DNA of 61,755 bases, counting the filler, from Nemertoderma westbladi (lineage: Eukaryota > Animalia > Xenacoelomorpha), in assembly GCA_032718475.1 (NCBI GenBank). It is 3 parts of 3 records of this genome, joined end to end, with 100 filler letters (N's around TTAATTAATTAA, not from the genome) between each part and the next. Parts side by side here need not be neighbours in the genome. Positions count along the whole stretch, not along the records: positions 22,411 to 45,582 come from JAUCBJ010002703.1; 2 more parts are not named here. One strand, written 5' to 3'. A program made the position numbers and the translations under genes. Below are positions 22,411 to 36,245 of the stretch, piece by piece. The notes below the pieces were generated by a model, which ran no database searches, had not been told where the DNA came from, and saw only the letters and a program-made list of their open reading frames with translations. Each line of letters begins with the position of its first letter. Position 1 is the stretch's first letter.

Positions 22411-25400
22411 CTGATCTATACGGGACACAAACACCCTATATGGGACACAAACAACCTATTTGGGACAAATTTAAATTAAAGTTATGATAGTGGATTCTAT
22501 TTTCTTTTGAGTATTTCCATGAGATTTATAAACTATGTAAAATCATTTTGAGGAAGTCACACGCTATTTGGCACAAAAAAACACCCTATATGGGACGAAA
22601 ACAACCTATTTGGGACAAATTGAAATTAAAGCTATGGTAGTGAATTCTATATTCTTTTGAGTATTCCATTACATTTCGAAACTATTTGAAATCATTATAA
22701 GCACTTCACACCGTATACGGGACACAAACACCCTATACGGGACACAAACACCCTATATGGGACACAAACAACCTATTTGGGACAAATTTAAATTAAAGCT
22801 ATGATAGTGGATTATATTTTCTTTTGAGTATTTCCATTATATTTATAAACTATGTAAAATCATTTTGAGGAAGTCACACGCTATTTGGCACATAAACACC
22901 CTATATGGGATGAAAACAACCTATTTGGGACAAATTGAAATTAAAGCTATGGTTGTGAATTTTATATTCTTTTGAGTATTCCATTACATTTAGAAACTAT
23001 TTAAAATCATTATAAGCAATTCACACCCTATACGGGAGTCAAACACCCTATATGGGACAAAAACAACCTATTTGGGACAAATTGAAATTAAAGCTATGGT
23101 AGTGAATTCTATATTCTTTTGAGTATTCCATGAGATTTAGAAACTATTTAAAATCATTATAAGCAATTCACACCCTATATGGGTCTCAAACACCCTATAT
23201 GGGACAAAAACAACCTATTTGGGACAAATTGAAATTAAAGCTATGGTAGTGAATTCTATATTCTTTTGAGTATTCCATGAGATTTAGAAACTATTTAAAA
23301 TCATTTTGAGAAAGTCACACGCTATTTGGGACACAAACACCCTATATGGGACAAAAACAACCTATTTGGGACAAATTGAAATTAAAGCTATGGTAGTGAA
23401 TTCTATAGTCTTTTGAGTATTCCATTACATTTCGAAACTATTTGAAATGATTATAAGCACTTCATACCCTATATGGGACACAAACACCCTATACGGGACA
23501 CAAACACCCTATATGGGACACAAACAACCTATTTGGGACAAATTTAAATTAAAGTTATGATAATGGATTCTATTTTCTTTTGAGTATTTCCATGAGATTT
23601 ATAAACTATGTAAAATCATTTTGAGGAAGTCACACGCTATTTGGCAAGAAAAACTCCCTATATGGGACGAAAACAACCTATTTGGGACAAATTGAAATTA
23701 AAGCTATGGTAGTGAATTCTATATTCTTTTGAGTATTCCATTACATTTCGAAACTATTTGAAATCATTATAAGCACTTCACACCCTATACGGGACACAAA
23801 CACCCTATACGGGACACAAACACCCTATATGGGACACAAACAACCTATTTGGGACAAATTTAAATTAAAGTTATGATAGTGGATTCTATTTTCTTTTGAG
23901 TATTTCCATGAGATTTATAAACTATGTAAAATCATTTTGAGGAAGTCACACGCTATTTGGCACATAAACACCCTATATGGGACGAAAACAACCTATTTGG
24001 GACAAATTGAAATTAAAGCTATGGTTGTGAATTTTATATTCTTTTGATTATTCCATTACATTTAGAAACTATTTAAAATCATTATAAGCAATTCACACCC
24101 TATATGGGACTCAAACACCCTATATGGGACAAAAACAACCTATTTGGGACAAATTGAAATTAAAGCTATGGTAGTGAATTCTATATTCTTTTGAGTATTC
24201 CATGAGATTTAGAAACTATATTTAAAATCATTTTGAGAAAGTCACACGCTATTTGGGACACAAACACCCTATATGGAACACAAACACCCTATATGGGACA
24301 AAAACAACCTATTTGGGACAAATTGAAATTAAAGCTATGCTAGTGAATTCTATATTCTTTTGAGTATTCCATTACATTTCGAAACTATTTAAAATCAGTA
24401 TAAGCAATTCACACCCTATATGGGACTCAAACACCCTATATGGGACAAAAACAACCTATTTGGGACAAATTGAAATTAAAGCAATGATAGTGAATTATAT
24501 TTTATTTTGAGTATTCCATTATATTTATAAACTATGTAAAATCATTTTGAGAAAGTCACACGCTATTTGGCACACATACACCCTATATGGGACACAAACA
24601 CCCTATATGGGACATAAACAACCTAGTTGGGACAAATTTAAATTAAAGCTATGATAGTGAATTCTATAGTCTTTTGAGTATTCCATTACATTTCGAAACT
24701 ATTTGAAATGATTATAAGCACTTCATACCCTATATGGGACACAAACACCCTATACGGGACACAAACACCCTATATGGGACACAAACAACCTATTTGGGAC
24801 AAATTTAAATTAAAGTTATGATAGTGGATTCTATTTTCTTTTGAATATTCCATTATATTTATAAACTATGTAAAATCATTTTGAGAAAGTCATACGCTAT
24901 TTGGCACACTAACACCCTATATGGGACAAAAACAACCTATTTGGGACAAATTTAAATTAAAGCTATGATAGTGAATTCTATTTTCTTTTGAGTATTCCAT
25001 TATATTTATAAACTATGTAAAATCATTTTGAGAAAGTGACACGCAATTTGGGATACAAACACCCTATATAGGACACAAACACCCTATATGGGACATAAAC
25101 AACCTATTTGGGACAGATTTAAATTAAAGCTATGATAGTGAATTCTATTTTCTTTTGAGTATTTCCATTATATTTATAAACTATGTAAAATCATTTTGAG
25201 AATGTTACATGCTATTTGGGACAAAAACTCCATGTAAGGGACATAAACACCCTATATGGGACATACACAACCTATTTGGGACAAATTGGAATTAAAGCTA
25301 TGATTATGAAGTGGAGTTTTCGGTATTCCTTTACATTTATAAACTATTTTAAATAATTTTGATAAAGCTACAGGCTATTTTGGACAAAATCAACCTATAC

Positions 25401-25440
25401 GTGACACTAACAACCTATTTGAGTCAAATTTTAGACTTAT
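22411..25440. repeat. Satellite DNA with ~140-160-bp monomers, each built of 3-4 copies of a ~20-bp subrepeat plus an AT-rich segment
   Basis: Subrepeat ACACCCTATATGGGACACAA and spacer AAATTAAAGCTATG.TAGTGAATTCTAT..TCTTTTGAGTATTCCAT recur about 20 times; the array decays towards 25440. Confidence 0.95.
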
Positions 25441-25544
25441 GAAGGACTATTTGGGATGAGTTGAGTCTGGGGGAGGAGGTTGCGATATCACTAATTTGAT
25501 TTTCATTTAATTATTATTATGCGAATGTATTTAGATTTATTATA

Positions 25545-25636
25545 AGTGAATAAATTGCACCACATGAATAAATTGCACAATGAATAAGTTGCACAACATG
25601 AATAAATTGCACAATATGAATAAATTGCACAACATG
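25545..25636. repeat. ~19-bp minisatellite
   Basis: ATGAATAAATTGCACAAC repeated about 5 times. Confidence 0.8.
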
Positions 25637-28319
25637 AAATGAAATAACGTGACTATGATGACCCTATAGCCTATAATGCATCACAGTCTTACAAGCCATT
25701 TGCAAGGCACCCACAGTATATCTTTAACCATAACTTGGGAACATGTATTCCAAATGCCCTTATTTAGAATGGGAATTTCCACTGTACATATACCTCAACC
25801 AGCTCTTATCCCAAATACGTTGCTTGGTCCAGTATAGGTTGTTATAATGAGCCCCGGATTCGTAGCTGACACTTGGATTATATATCAGTGGAATTTTCCA
25901 TTAACCTTTACATTATATAGCCAATAAGGGAGATGCCTAACTGTAGGAATGTTGGTATTGGTCCGATGACGAGGAGTTGGCTCATATGATGATTTGATTG
26001 GATGCCCCTATATTGGACAGGTTGGAAATCATTAGGCAACGTATTTGGGACAGGTAGGACTAATAGAAAGCCCCATAGAAGTGAAGGGAAACACCCTATT
26101 CTGGACAATGATGTAGATACTATTGAATATCTGGGTGAAGAATCTGAAAAATTTCAAAAAATGCAATATTGGAGGCTCTGGTGGAGAGCTCTGATTATAG
26201 CTATGTTCATGAGCTTTTTTACCTGACATCTTTGACACAAAATGAGCGCCATGTCAAAATTTGAAGAGTAAACTAGATGTTCTAGAGCGTGTATGACTCA
26301 TTTTAAAATTATAATAAATTAAAATTTTAAATGGTCCTCAAGGTGGTCTGACAATTAGTTTTTTGATAAAAATACATTTTTTCAAACGATATCTGGGCAG
26401 AAGACTATATTTCAAAATTTAAAGCAAAAACTAACAGTCAGACCCATTATCTGACCTACTATTGAATTATTTCGAGTAAGTATCTGATCACATGCTGCTC
26501 GAATTCTCGCTCGCTCGATATAAATCGATTTTATCCAACTACTATTACAATATAACAGTATAACAATACATTAATTCGAATTATAAATCAAAACAGCCAG
26601 ACAAACAAAATATAATTTGTTTTTGATGTTAACAGTTAAGTAATAGTAGGCCAAATAATAATTAAAATTAATTAAAAATGCCGCAATACGGCAAGTTTTG
26701 GTAAACGGATACATTTTTCAAACGATGTAATAATGACAAAAATACTTCGTAATATAAAACAACAACAGCCAGACACATATATTATTAGTTCGGATTAGTA
26801 TAAGAAATTAATTAGGCCCCTAGTATAAAAAAAAACAGCTGCTCATTGGTATTAGAATGGAATGAAGAATGAATGCCGAATGCCTGTATGACGAGGCCTA
26901 CTCTACTATGCTAAGTTAAGTGGGGTATCACAATAAAAAAATATTAAATTCGAATAGTACAGTACATATAAATTTATCCGAACAGTATAAGGCCTTAATG
27001 AACTACACAATTCTCTAGTGTGACCTTCATTTATGAACTGATCAACAGTACTGGTATATAAATTTTGGTCGGTTATTGCACAACAATACTGATAGTTTTT
27101 GTAACATGTACATATATTTTTCATAACAACTTTTACATAACAACAGTACGTCAATGGCGGATATACTACTACTACTAAGTCGAGCGAACTCGGACAGTGG
27201 AAATGAGATCCTTCCAGGCTTCCCGATTCTCCATAGTTGTCGAAATTTCGTTTCTCCCAAGTTCAGAGATGGCGGATATACATTACATCATAATATGGCA
27301 TGGCAGTCTCGTGAAAACAAGGGCCTTCACATTCCCAATTCTCTATCTAATCTATTATGGTTGTGCGTAATGCTCAATACTACTTTATGATATTAATTCA
27401 TTCACGTTTAACATTAACAGCCACGTTTCATCAACCCCCCCCCCCCCCCCCCCCCCCTTCCAATGTGACAAACTATCACGATATGTTGGCCTTGGGCCCC
27501 GTCCCTACGTCCACCCTCCCTTGTGAAGGGCTAGGGGGGACTTTCGACCCATCATTACTAAAGGGTAGTGATAATATTTAAAATAAGTTTTCCCATGTAT
27601 ACGTAATTTTATTCTTAAATAGGTACTTGTTTGTTCCTAAATTCTGCCTAAATGCTGCCTTACTCAATGTTAAATAATTTATTGTTCTCGAATATTTATT
27701 TCGTAACTAGGGAACCGCTTAACTACAAACCAATATTGGATATGGAGTTCCGTTTCGAAGTTCGCCTTGCAGAGACTAAAGTTGCAATAACTTTTGAGTG
27801 TGTGAATGTAATTTACTCAAATAGGGTAGGTGCGCGAAAAAATAGTTGGGCTAGAAGTATTACGTGCAAACCTTTTCATTTCGATGCTCTTTCAACACAA
27901 CTAATAAAATTAACCAAAAATATTTTTTTCACTCATTGTAATTATATTTACTGTTTGCTTAATCTGTTTGTGTTTATATCTGTTTATGTGCAGTATTTAG
28001 TGCCCTACGTCAAAGAAACTAATATATTTATAGCATTATTTACATTTCTAATTAAATTAAGGAATTAAAAACGTGTTGGTGTTATTATATTCATTTATCG
28101 GAATTTGTATTATAGGAATTTATTATTCGTTTATGCATTCTAGTTAATTAATTGATATAATTAACGACATAATTATGTAAATAAAAATTGTTAAATGAAA
28201 CAAATCTTTGTTTCGGTTTATAATTGACAATAGCACACCCTCACAATCACTTCAAATTGAGAGTTAAAGTGATTGATATTTTGTTAATGAACTACGCTTT
28301 TGTAAAGCATTGGCAAATT

Positions 28320-28622
28320 CCAACAAATTCCGATGGCGTCAAACATCTTCAGACAACTTCAAACAGTTTCAGACAACTTCAGACAACTTCAAACAACTTC
28401 AGATAGCTTCCAACAACATCCAACAGAAATTTCAAACACTTTCAGACGGATTTCAGACAGATTCAGATGGGCTCCAACAGACTAAACTTGTTGGAAATAT
28501 TTTCTCCAACAGAATCAAACAGTACTAAATCTCCGTAGGTTAGCATTGTGCTTGTTTGAAGCTGTCGGAGTGTGTTGGATCCGATCGGATCCGATGGCAC
28601 TCTGTTGGTGAGCGGGACTGTA
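28320..28622 (-). mobile_element. Probable end of a non-autonomous DNA transposon with 10-bp subrepeats
   Basis: Degenerate (AACTTCAGAC)n array ending in GAGCGGGACTG|TA, i.e. a TA-flanked CAGT terminus on the minus strand. The other end was not found. Confidence 0.35.
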
Positions 28623-28664
28623 TAATGAAAATCATTTATCCCGTTTTTCATTAGGGCCTACTAG

Positions 28665-30405
28665 AAATAATAATAATAATAATAATATATATTTATATAG
28701 CGCCTTTCTGAACATATTTCAAGGCGGTTAAAAAACTAATTGAAACCAACTAAAAAACTTTAAAAAACTGCGTTCTAAAAAACTGCGAGCTAAAAAAACA
28801 CCAGGCTACCTACGTACAGTGAATTAATTACTAAGTAAAAAGTTTGAACAATATTAAATAAAAATCAGCAATATTCCTCTTTGTACATACAGGTGAGTTT
28901 TGAGTCGCGATTTAAACAGAGTCAACGTCGTGGCATCTCTAACTTCTTGCGGGAGGGAGTTCCAGATCGTTGGTGCCGCAATTGAGAACGCCCGTCTCCC
29001 GTAATTATGCAAGTGAAACTGCGGTACAAATAGAAGTCCCTTTTCAGCAGACCGTAATTGTCGTGGAGGTACATAGGGAGTTATTAAATGGGTCAAGTAG
29101 TCAGGAGCAGCACCATGTAAACACTTGAATGTCAACAAAGCTATTTTAAATTTGATCCGTAAATTTACAGGTAACCAATGCAAACGTTTAAGGACTGGAG
29201 TGATGTGCTCTCGTTTCTTAACGCCCTCTAGCAGTCGCGCTGCGGAATTCTGTACAAATTGTCATTTTTGATTGACTTCGAGGGTAATCCATAATATAAT
29301 GAGTTGTTGCTATCGAGTTTGTTTGTGACAAAGGCGTGAATTAAGATTTCAAGGTCATGTCTGCTGAGGTACCGTTTAATTTTAGCCAAACTTCGAAGAT
29401 GAAGAAATGCATCTCGGACTGTCATACTTATTTGATTGCTGTATGTCAGATTTGAATCCATGATGAAACCTATATTACGTGCCTTGTCGCTGCAGCTGAT
29501 CAGGTCATCCCCTATTTGTATGTTAGGGGGCGTTAGTGGTTTACCGCAACAGGACTGCAGAAGGATAATCTCCGTTTTATCTGAGTTCATTTTCAATAAA
29601 TTATCTTCCATCCACTTCTTTACGTCGGCCACGCAACGTTCAGTCACCTCAACAGCGACGGACGAATTAATAGGTTTAAAACTAATGTATAGCTGGATGT
29701 GTATCGTCCGCGTACAAATGATACGTGAGGCCGTGTTTGCGAATAACATTTGAAAGCGAACGAGTGTATATCGAAAATAATATAGGTCCAAGTACCGATC
29801 CTTGTGGCAGCCCGTACAGCAAATCCAACCAGTTCGAATATGTTGCATTAATGCGAACCTGTTGTGACCTATTCGACAAGTACGACCTTAACCATTCCAG
29901 GGCGTTTCCCTCAACCCCGATTTCTCGTTCTAGAATGTCCAACAGTTTAACGTGGCCGACCGTGTCGAAGGCAGCACTAAGGTCTAATAAGACGAGAAGT
30001 ACTCCCGATCCCGAATCGATTTTGCGTAATATGTCGTCGCTTACCTTAAGCAACGCGGTCTCCGTTCCGTGAAAGGGTCTGTACGCGCTCTGTAAAGGTT
30101 CATACAATTTATTTATGTTCATATGAGTCATCAGCTGGTTTGCAATCACCCGTTCTGTTAACTTCGCTAAATATATCAGATTAGACACCGGCCTAAAGTT
30201 CCTAAGTATCTCAGGGTTTAATCGTGCTTTCTTTATGACTGGTGTTAACACAGCTTCCTTGAATAGAGTCGGCACAGTAGCAGTTGTAATTGATAAATTA
30301 ATAATTAACATAATCACCGGTTGCAACAATTTCATTGAAAGTTTTACTAATTGCGTGGGAATCGGATCCATGGTACTAGATTTAGATTTTGAGTTCTTTA
30401 TTAGC
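28665..30405 (-). mobile_element. 5'-truncated CR1/L2-group LINE (RT), frameshifted
   Basis: DPIPT, NFRPVSNL, QSAYR..HGTETAL, LLDLSAAFDTV, GLPQGSVLGP, YADDT, HWLPV..RIKFK; 3' end GGCGCTATATAAAT followed by an (ATT)n tail. Confidence 0.95.
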
Positions 30406-30477
30406 TTTCTGCCTCATCCATTGTTATTTTATTAAAGTGTTCCAATTTGGGAATATTGTTTCCTTTACCGTTGGTTG

Positions 30478-30970
30478 CACCCCCCGTACCCGTAGGAACG
30501 CCCAGTCCCGTAGCGCCCCCCGTAGGGACGCCTAGGTTAGTTGCGCACCCCGTACGAACGCCCAGTCCCGTAGCGGCCCCCGTATGAACGCCCAGTTCAG
30601 TAGCCCCCCCGTAGGAGCGCGCAGTCGAGTAACACCCCCCGTAGGAACGCCCAGGTTGGTTGCGCCCTCCATAGGAACGCCCAGTTCACTAGCGCCCCCC
30701 GTAGGAACGCCCAGATCCGATGCTTCCCCCGTAGGAATGCCCAGGTTGGATGGTCCCCCAATAGGAACGCCCAGTTCAGATGAGCCCCCCGTAGGAACGC
30801 CCAGTCCAGTTGCACCCCCCGTAGGAACGCCTAGTCCGGAAGCGCCCCCCGTTGGAACGCCCAGGTCAGATTCTCCCCCCGTAGGAACGCCCTGGTCGGA
30901 TGATCCCCCTGTAGGAGCGCCCAGTCCAGTATCACCACCCGTAGGAATGCCCAGGTCAGTTGCGCCCCCC
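30478..30970. repeat. 30-bp tandem array (~16 units) with a constant core and a variable part
   Basis: Core CCCCCGTAGGAACGCCCAG every 30 bp; open frames on both strands. Confidence 0.9.
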
Positions 30971-31344
30971 ATACAATTGATTATACAACAGAAACAATTT
31001 GGTTGAATCTTTTAAAACGCATTTTGGTGTTCTCAGTCTTTCTAAATTTTGACACAAATTATACTTTTCTTCTGTCACGCCGTTTCTCAAACAGTCAAAC
31101 TTTAATGCCCCATTGCTTGCTTACTTACTACCTACCTTGTGGCGATGTTCACGTTGTCAAATATTATTATGTTTAGTTCCATTTCAGCCTTTGATTGAAG
31201 CATTTGATTCTTTAGTTTTGTTTATGCCTATACCAGTATATACGGAAGCCCACAACTGTCAAGGACAAAACATTAATAAAACTTGGACGCAATTAAATAA
31301 ATTTCATACAAAGCCATAGAAAGCATGCCATTTCAAAATTCATC

Positions 31345-31497
31345 AGGGCATTTTGCTCTGAGGGCGTTTTGCCCTGAGGGCATTTTGCCCTGAGGGCGTT
31401 TTGCCCTGAGGGTATTTTGCCCTGAGGGCATTTTGCCCTGAGGGCGTTTTGCCCTGAGGGCATTTTGCCCTGAGGGCGTTTTGCCCTGAGGGCGTTT
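31345..31497. repeat. 16-bp self-complementary minisatellite, ~9.5 units
   Basis: Unit GAGGGCRTTTTGCCCT with AGGGC/GCCCT arms. Confidence 0.92.
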
Positions 31498-31564
31498 ATA
31501 GGCCTAATGTATATTGTAATGTACATTAAAATGATAGACACTAACCCGATAATAGATATGACCG

Positions 31565-34182
31565 ATGTTATCATTGACAATGGATATACTGCTCCTATAC
31601 ATGAAGAAAACATGGAGGATATTAAAGGAACTATCATCATTAGTTTACTTACTCGTCGAAAGTTCTATATTAATGAGTCTTACTGATATAGGACTCAAAC
31701 TCAAACCAGCCAAATGTGTATTTGGAGCTTCCTGTGTTAAATTCCTGGGCCATATCATAGATAGTAAAGGTATACACGTTGATCATGAGAAGGCTACATC
31801 CATGTGTAATTATCCCAGGCCTACTAGTGTAAAACTGTTGAGAAGTTTTCTTGGGTTTACAGGATTTTATCACAAGTTTATTAAAGACTATAGTAAGATA
31901 ACAGCTCCTTTAAATATGCTGTTACGGAAGAATGTTCGTTTCCTGTGGACAGTTGATTGTGAAGAGGCATTCTTGGAGCTGAAACGTCGTTTAACATCAT
32001 CACCAATTCTTGGGCATCCAGATTTTCATTCAGAATTTTTTCTTGAGACTGATGCTAGTGGATCAGGTTTAGGTGCTGTTCTTTATCAATCTGATCAAGT
32101 AATTGCGTATGCTTCCAGGTCTATCAGTGTTAGTGAAGCTAAGTGGAGTATTACAGAACTGGAGTGTCTTGCGTTAGTATGGGCCACTACCAAGTTCCGC
32201 TTCTATTTATTTGGTAGACCATTTACTATTATTTCGGATCATAATCCTTTGACGTGTCTTTCTAGTAAACAACAACTTCCAGGCCGTTTGCAGAGATGGG
32301 CTATAAAGTTGTCCGAATATCAATATACAGTTCGTTATCAACCTGGTAAGCTAAATAAAGCAGATTTTCTGTCCCGTCAAGTCGATTTTCCTATGTTACC
32401 GAGTAACAGATGTTCCGATGCGATTGTGAGTAATACGCAAGCTGCAAGGGAGAATTTATCTACAGTAGTTCCAGTGATGAACACCGTTGCCTCTGTGGTA
32501 TGATACAACCCGATCAAAGGGAGGAGAATAATAGCATAGACAGCTACATTAGAGATCCATTACTGGTCGTTGATGTTGCCAGTATAGCTTTAAATATATT
32601 AATTCTCGAATCCGAACCTTCATATGATGAGCCTACTGCCTTACAGAATATTATTAATGAAGTAGAACATAATCGTACCATTCTTGAAACTGATAGTGGT
32701 GATATTGTATCTCAGTGTTCCGTCATAGATGCTATTGTACAATCTGCAGGTGATGTTGATGACAGTTTAGAGATCGATTCGTTACAACATCACTTCATTG
32801 GATCTGTGGGTCATCCGCAGAATTCTGGATTTATTTCTGTCAGTATGTTACGACATTTTCAACGAACTGATAGGAACTTAGGACCAATGATTTCATTTCT
32901 AGAATACGGAACATTACCTTCAACAGATGTAGAGTTAAGCGAGTTGAAACATATGTATAAACTAAAGACCCATTATGGTCTTGTAGATGGATTATTGGTA
33001 CATTTTTCGAAAGCAAAGACATCGTCAAAGGTCATCCAAGTTGTTGTTCGAGAACTACTTTGTAAGCAGATCTTGTATTATTTTCATGATCAATCGTCGC
33101 ATTTGGGTCTTGATAAAGTAATGTCATCAATTCAGACTCGTTATTATTGGGTTAACTTGCAAGGGACTGCTGATAAGTATATTAAAGGGTGTGACCTCTG
33201 TCAACGTCGAAAAGGTTATCCTGCATTACAGCCTTTGCATCCCATTCCAATTCCTTCCAGAACTATGGAGAGACATTCTATGGACATTGTAAAGGGGTTC
33301 CCACAAACTGTTAATGGAAATAACAAAATATTATCTGTTATTGATAATTTAACCAAGTACTGGTTCTTAATGCCACTTCCAAATGAAGAGGGGACAACTG
33401 TTGCTAAAGCTCTTGTCAACAGTATTTTTCTAGTGTACGGATCTCCCGAAACCATTCTAACTGATCAGGGAAGTAATTTTCTTTCGGATCTTTTCAAGGA
33501 ATTAGAAAATCTCTTTGGCATCACTCACCTTAGAACGGCTGTTTATAATCCTGCTTGCAATGGTGCGGCAGAATGTACCAACAGGTCAATGTTAAGCATG
33601 TTGTCGTTAACATGTACAGATAATAACAGATGGGATGAATCTCTTCCCCTCGTTGCTTTTAATTACAACATTAGCAAACAAAGTAGCACACAAGTGTCAC
33701 CATTCTTTATAATGTTTGGCAGAACACCACGTGTCCCAGTAGATACATTCATTGAACGGCCGGATTCCATAATCGCTGATACTGCTGAATACCCCGAAGT
33801 GTTGAAATGGAGACTTCAAGAATCTCAGGATATAGCTCGGAAATGTTTGCAGCAAGCCCAGGTTCATCAGAAAGTGTACCACGATAAACGGGTGAACAAA
33901 GCTGTAATAAAAATTCCGCAGGAATTTCGTTGCGGACAACAAGTTCTTTACTTTGACCGTAGCATTAAACGAAAGAACAACAAACTTCGACATCTTTGGG
34001 CTGGTCCATATATTATTGTAAAGAAGTTGTCACCTTTGACCTACAGAATTAGACCACCCCGTAAACGTGTGTCGGCTAGAACACCGGTAAAGACGGTTAA
34101 TATTAAGGATTTAAAGAGGTACATTCACCGAAGTGATAATTCGTCAGAGGCGACGACGGTTCCTACGGTTGAGAGTGACTAA
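31565..34182 (+). pseudogene. pol: Ty3/Gypsy pol remnant: RT end, RNase H and integrase; frameshift near 32500
   Basis: GLKLKPAKC, KFLGHII, RSFLG..FY..FI, ETDASGSGLGAVL, ELECLA, SDHNPL, H...HLG...CDLCQ, ILTDQGSNF, GAAE..NR, WAGPY. Confidence 0.93.
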
Positions 34183-34969
34183 TCGGTGTCGGAGGCGTTT
34201 TAAGACTCACACTATGTACGGGACCCATATAAGAAAGGAACAAAATTGAAACTGTGAAAATAATGTAAAGTATGGGGAACATGGGTCGAGTATAGTCAAA
34301 TGTAGTGAATCCATGTGGGGGTTATTTTTTATATATAGCCATACTGTATGTATACTTGTAGTTGTGTTTAATGCTTGTTCTTGGTTTAAAATAAAAACTC
34401 AATTTAACAAACTCGTTTGTGTAAGTAACATTTTGTGGGTTTTCTATGGTAGACTTATTATAGACTAGAAGCTAAGAATATAATTAATTACTTTCTGTAA
34501 GCAGCGGTTTACGTGCTTTTATAGTAGATTACTAAAGGTACAGTAGGCCTAATATGTTGTTGGTGTTATTGAGCAATGCTAAAAGGAAGGATGCTATAGA
34601 TATCCCTGAACAGTTGCCATTTTTTTTATATTGGTTGTTTTGCACTAAGTGCCATTGTGGAATTTATTATGTTATGCATCATATTGTTTTATCTTTGATA
34701 AATAATCTAGGTTTGTTGTGATTGTGAAACTTGATGTTGTGAAATAGTTTATCCATTTACAGTATTTCCATTTTTTTTACTTATTTAGTGTCTACTAGAC
34801 TGTTGTCAATTACATCGTATTTCAGTTATTGTGTAATACTGGTCAACGCCTATCTGATGACATCTGATTTAGGGGAAGGAGGGGGTCAACATTTTAGGGA
34901 AAAGTGCAGACGTCATACTTGGACGGCCCCATACAGTAAATAAGCCTATGACTGGGGTCAGCCTAAACA

Positions 34970-35112
34970 CCCAACTACACCCAACTACAACCAACTACAC
35001 CCAACTTTCTCCCAACTTTCACCAACTACACCCAACTCTGCAACTACACCCAACTTCAACCCAACAGCATCCAACTTACACCAAACTATACTGTATGGCA
35101 CCAAACTTCCAC
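34970..35112. repeat. 10-bp degenerate repeat (CCAACTACAC)n
   Basis: Direct inspection. Confidence 0.8.
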
Positions 35113-35144
35113 AAATTACAATATGTACAGTACAAGGCATTTAC

Positions 35145-35857
35145 GGATATATCTTTTTACAGAACACAGCAGAACACAATAGAACACAGCAGAACACAAT
35201 AGAAAACAGGCGGAACATAGGCGAACACAGCTGTAATTAAAATCTACACCAAAAAATAACACACTTGGGAAAGTACCGGATTTAATCATACAACTGTAAG
35301 ATGTCAATTACATATTTGAATTAAATGGCGGTTTTCCATATCCTCCAAAATAAATTACCTGATCAGAGTTGCCCGATCAGCTGTTCGGTTAGGCCTGTAC
35401 CTGTTACTAGTCCAGCAGTCTGCCTGTCAGCCTGTTCCAGTACTGCAGTAGGTCTAGTGCTGTAGAGACATGTACAGACTGACAGACTGTACATTGTACA
35501 GGCAGACAGATGTAGGCATTTACCGGCAATTACCGGGCACAGTGTAGAGTATATTACCAATGTACTGATGTAGGCCTACTCAGCTACCGGTACTGTACTG
35601 CTGTAGAACTAACCAACTCTCCATGGTTACAGGATAATGATAAGTAATTTATTTTGGAGGATATGGAAAACCGCCATTTAATTTAAATATGTAATTGACA
35701 TCTTACAGTTGTATGATTAAATCCGGTACTTTCCCAAGTGTGTCATTTTTTGGTGTAGATTTTAATTACAGCTGTGTTCGCCTATGTTCCGCCTGTATTC
35801 TATTGTGTTCTGCTGTGTTCTACTGTGTTCTGCTGTGTTCCGTAAAAATAACTATCC
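35145..35857. mobile_element. Mutator-like MITE, 713 bp, with ~210-bp TIRs and a 9-bp TSD
   Basis: 35145-35357 is the near-perfect reverse complement of 35644-35857. GGCATTTAC is repeated directly at 35136-35144 and 35858-35866. Confidence 0.9.
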
Positions 35858-36245
35858 GGCATTTACGGGAGGCGTCAGCCTTACGAGTCATGCCGTTACG
35901 AGTCTGTCTGTAACTCTTATGAGTGTTATCAAGTGCCTTGGGGTACCTGTCGCGCAGCAGGAACACTCACGAAAGTGTGGGTGTATATATATATTATCTA
36001 ATATAATATTTTTAATATAATAATTATATATAATAATATATTTATAATAATACTTAATTTAAACTTATATTATCTAATATATATATCTAACTGGATGTAC
36101 AACTAATTACTGTAAGTATAAGGCTTCGGCGCTTACAAACTGCTTCGAGGGGGGGTGATAGTTACGTGTAAACCGTTCCGTTATATATTGTGTTGTCGGC
36201 AAGTAAATGTACGTGTGACTTACATTTATTACAGGTAGGACACTA

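Noticed and set aside
27740-27890. 138-aa ORF 27652-28068 as a gene
   Set aside because: Low-information AT-rich translation; the core is a dispersed non-coding repeat also seen at ~60470-60575.
30478-30970. CRISPR array
   Set aside because: Variable parts are only ~11 nt and related to each other, there are no cas genes, and the context is eukaryotic.
34853-34880. Second hammerhead at CTGATGA
   Set aside because: No stem II or GAAA box follows.
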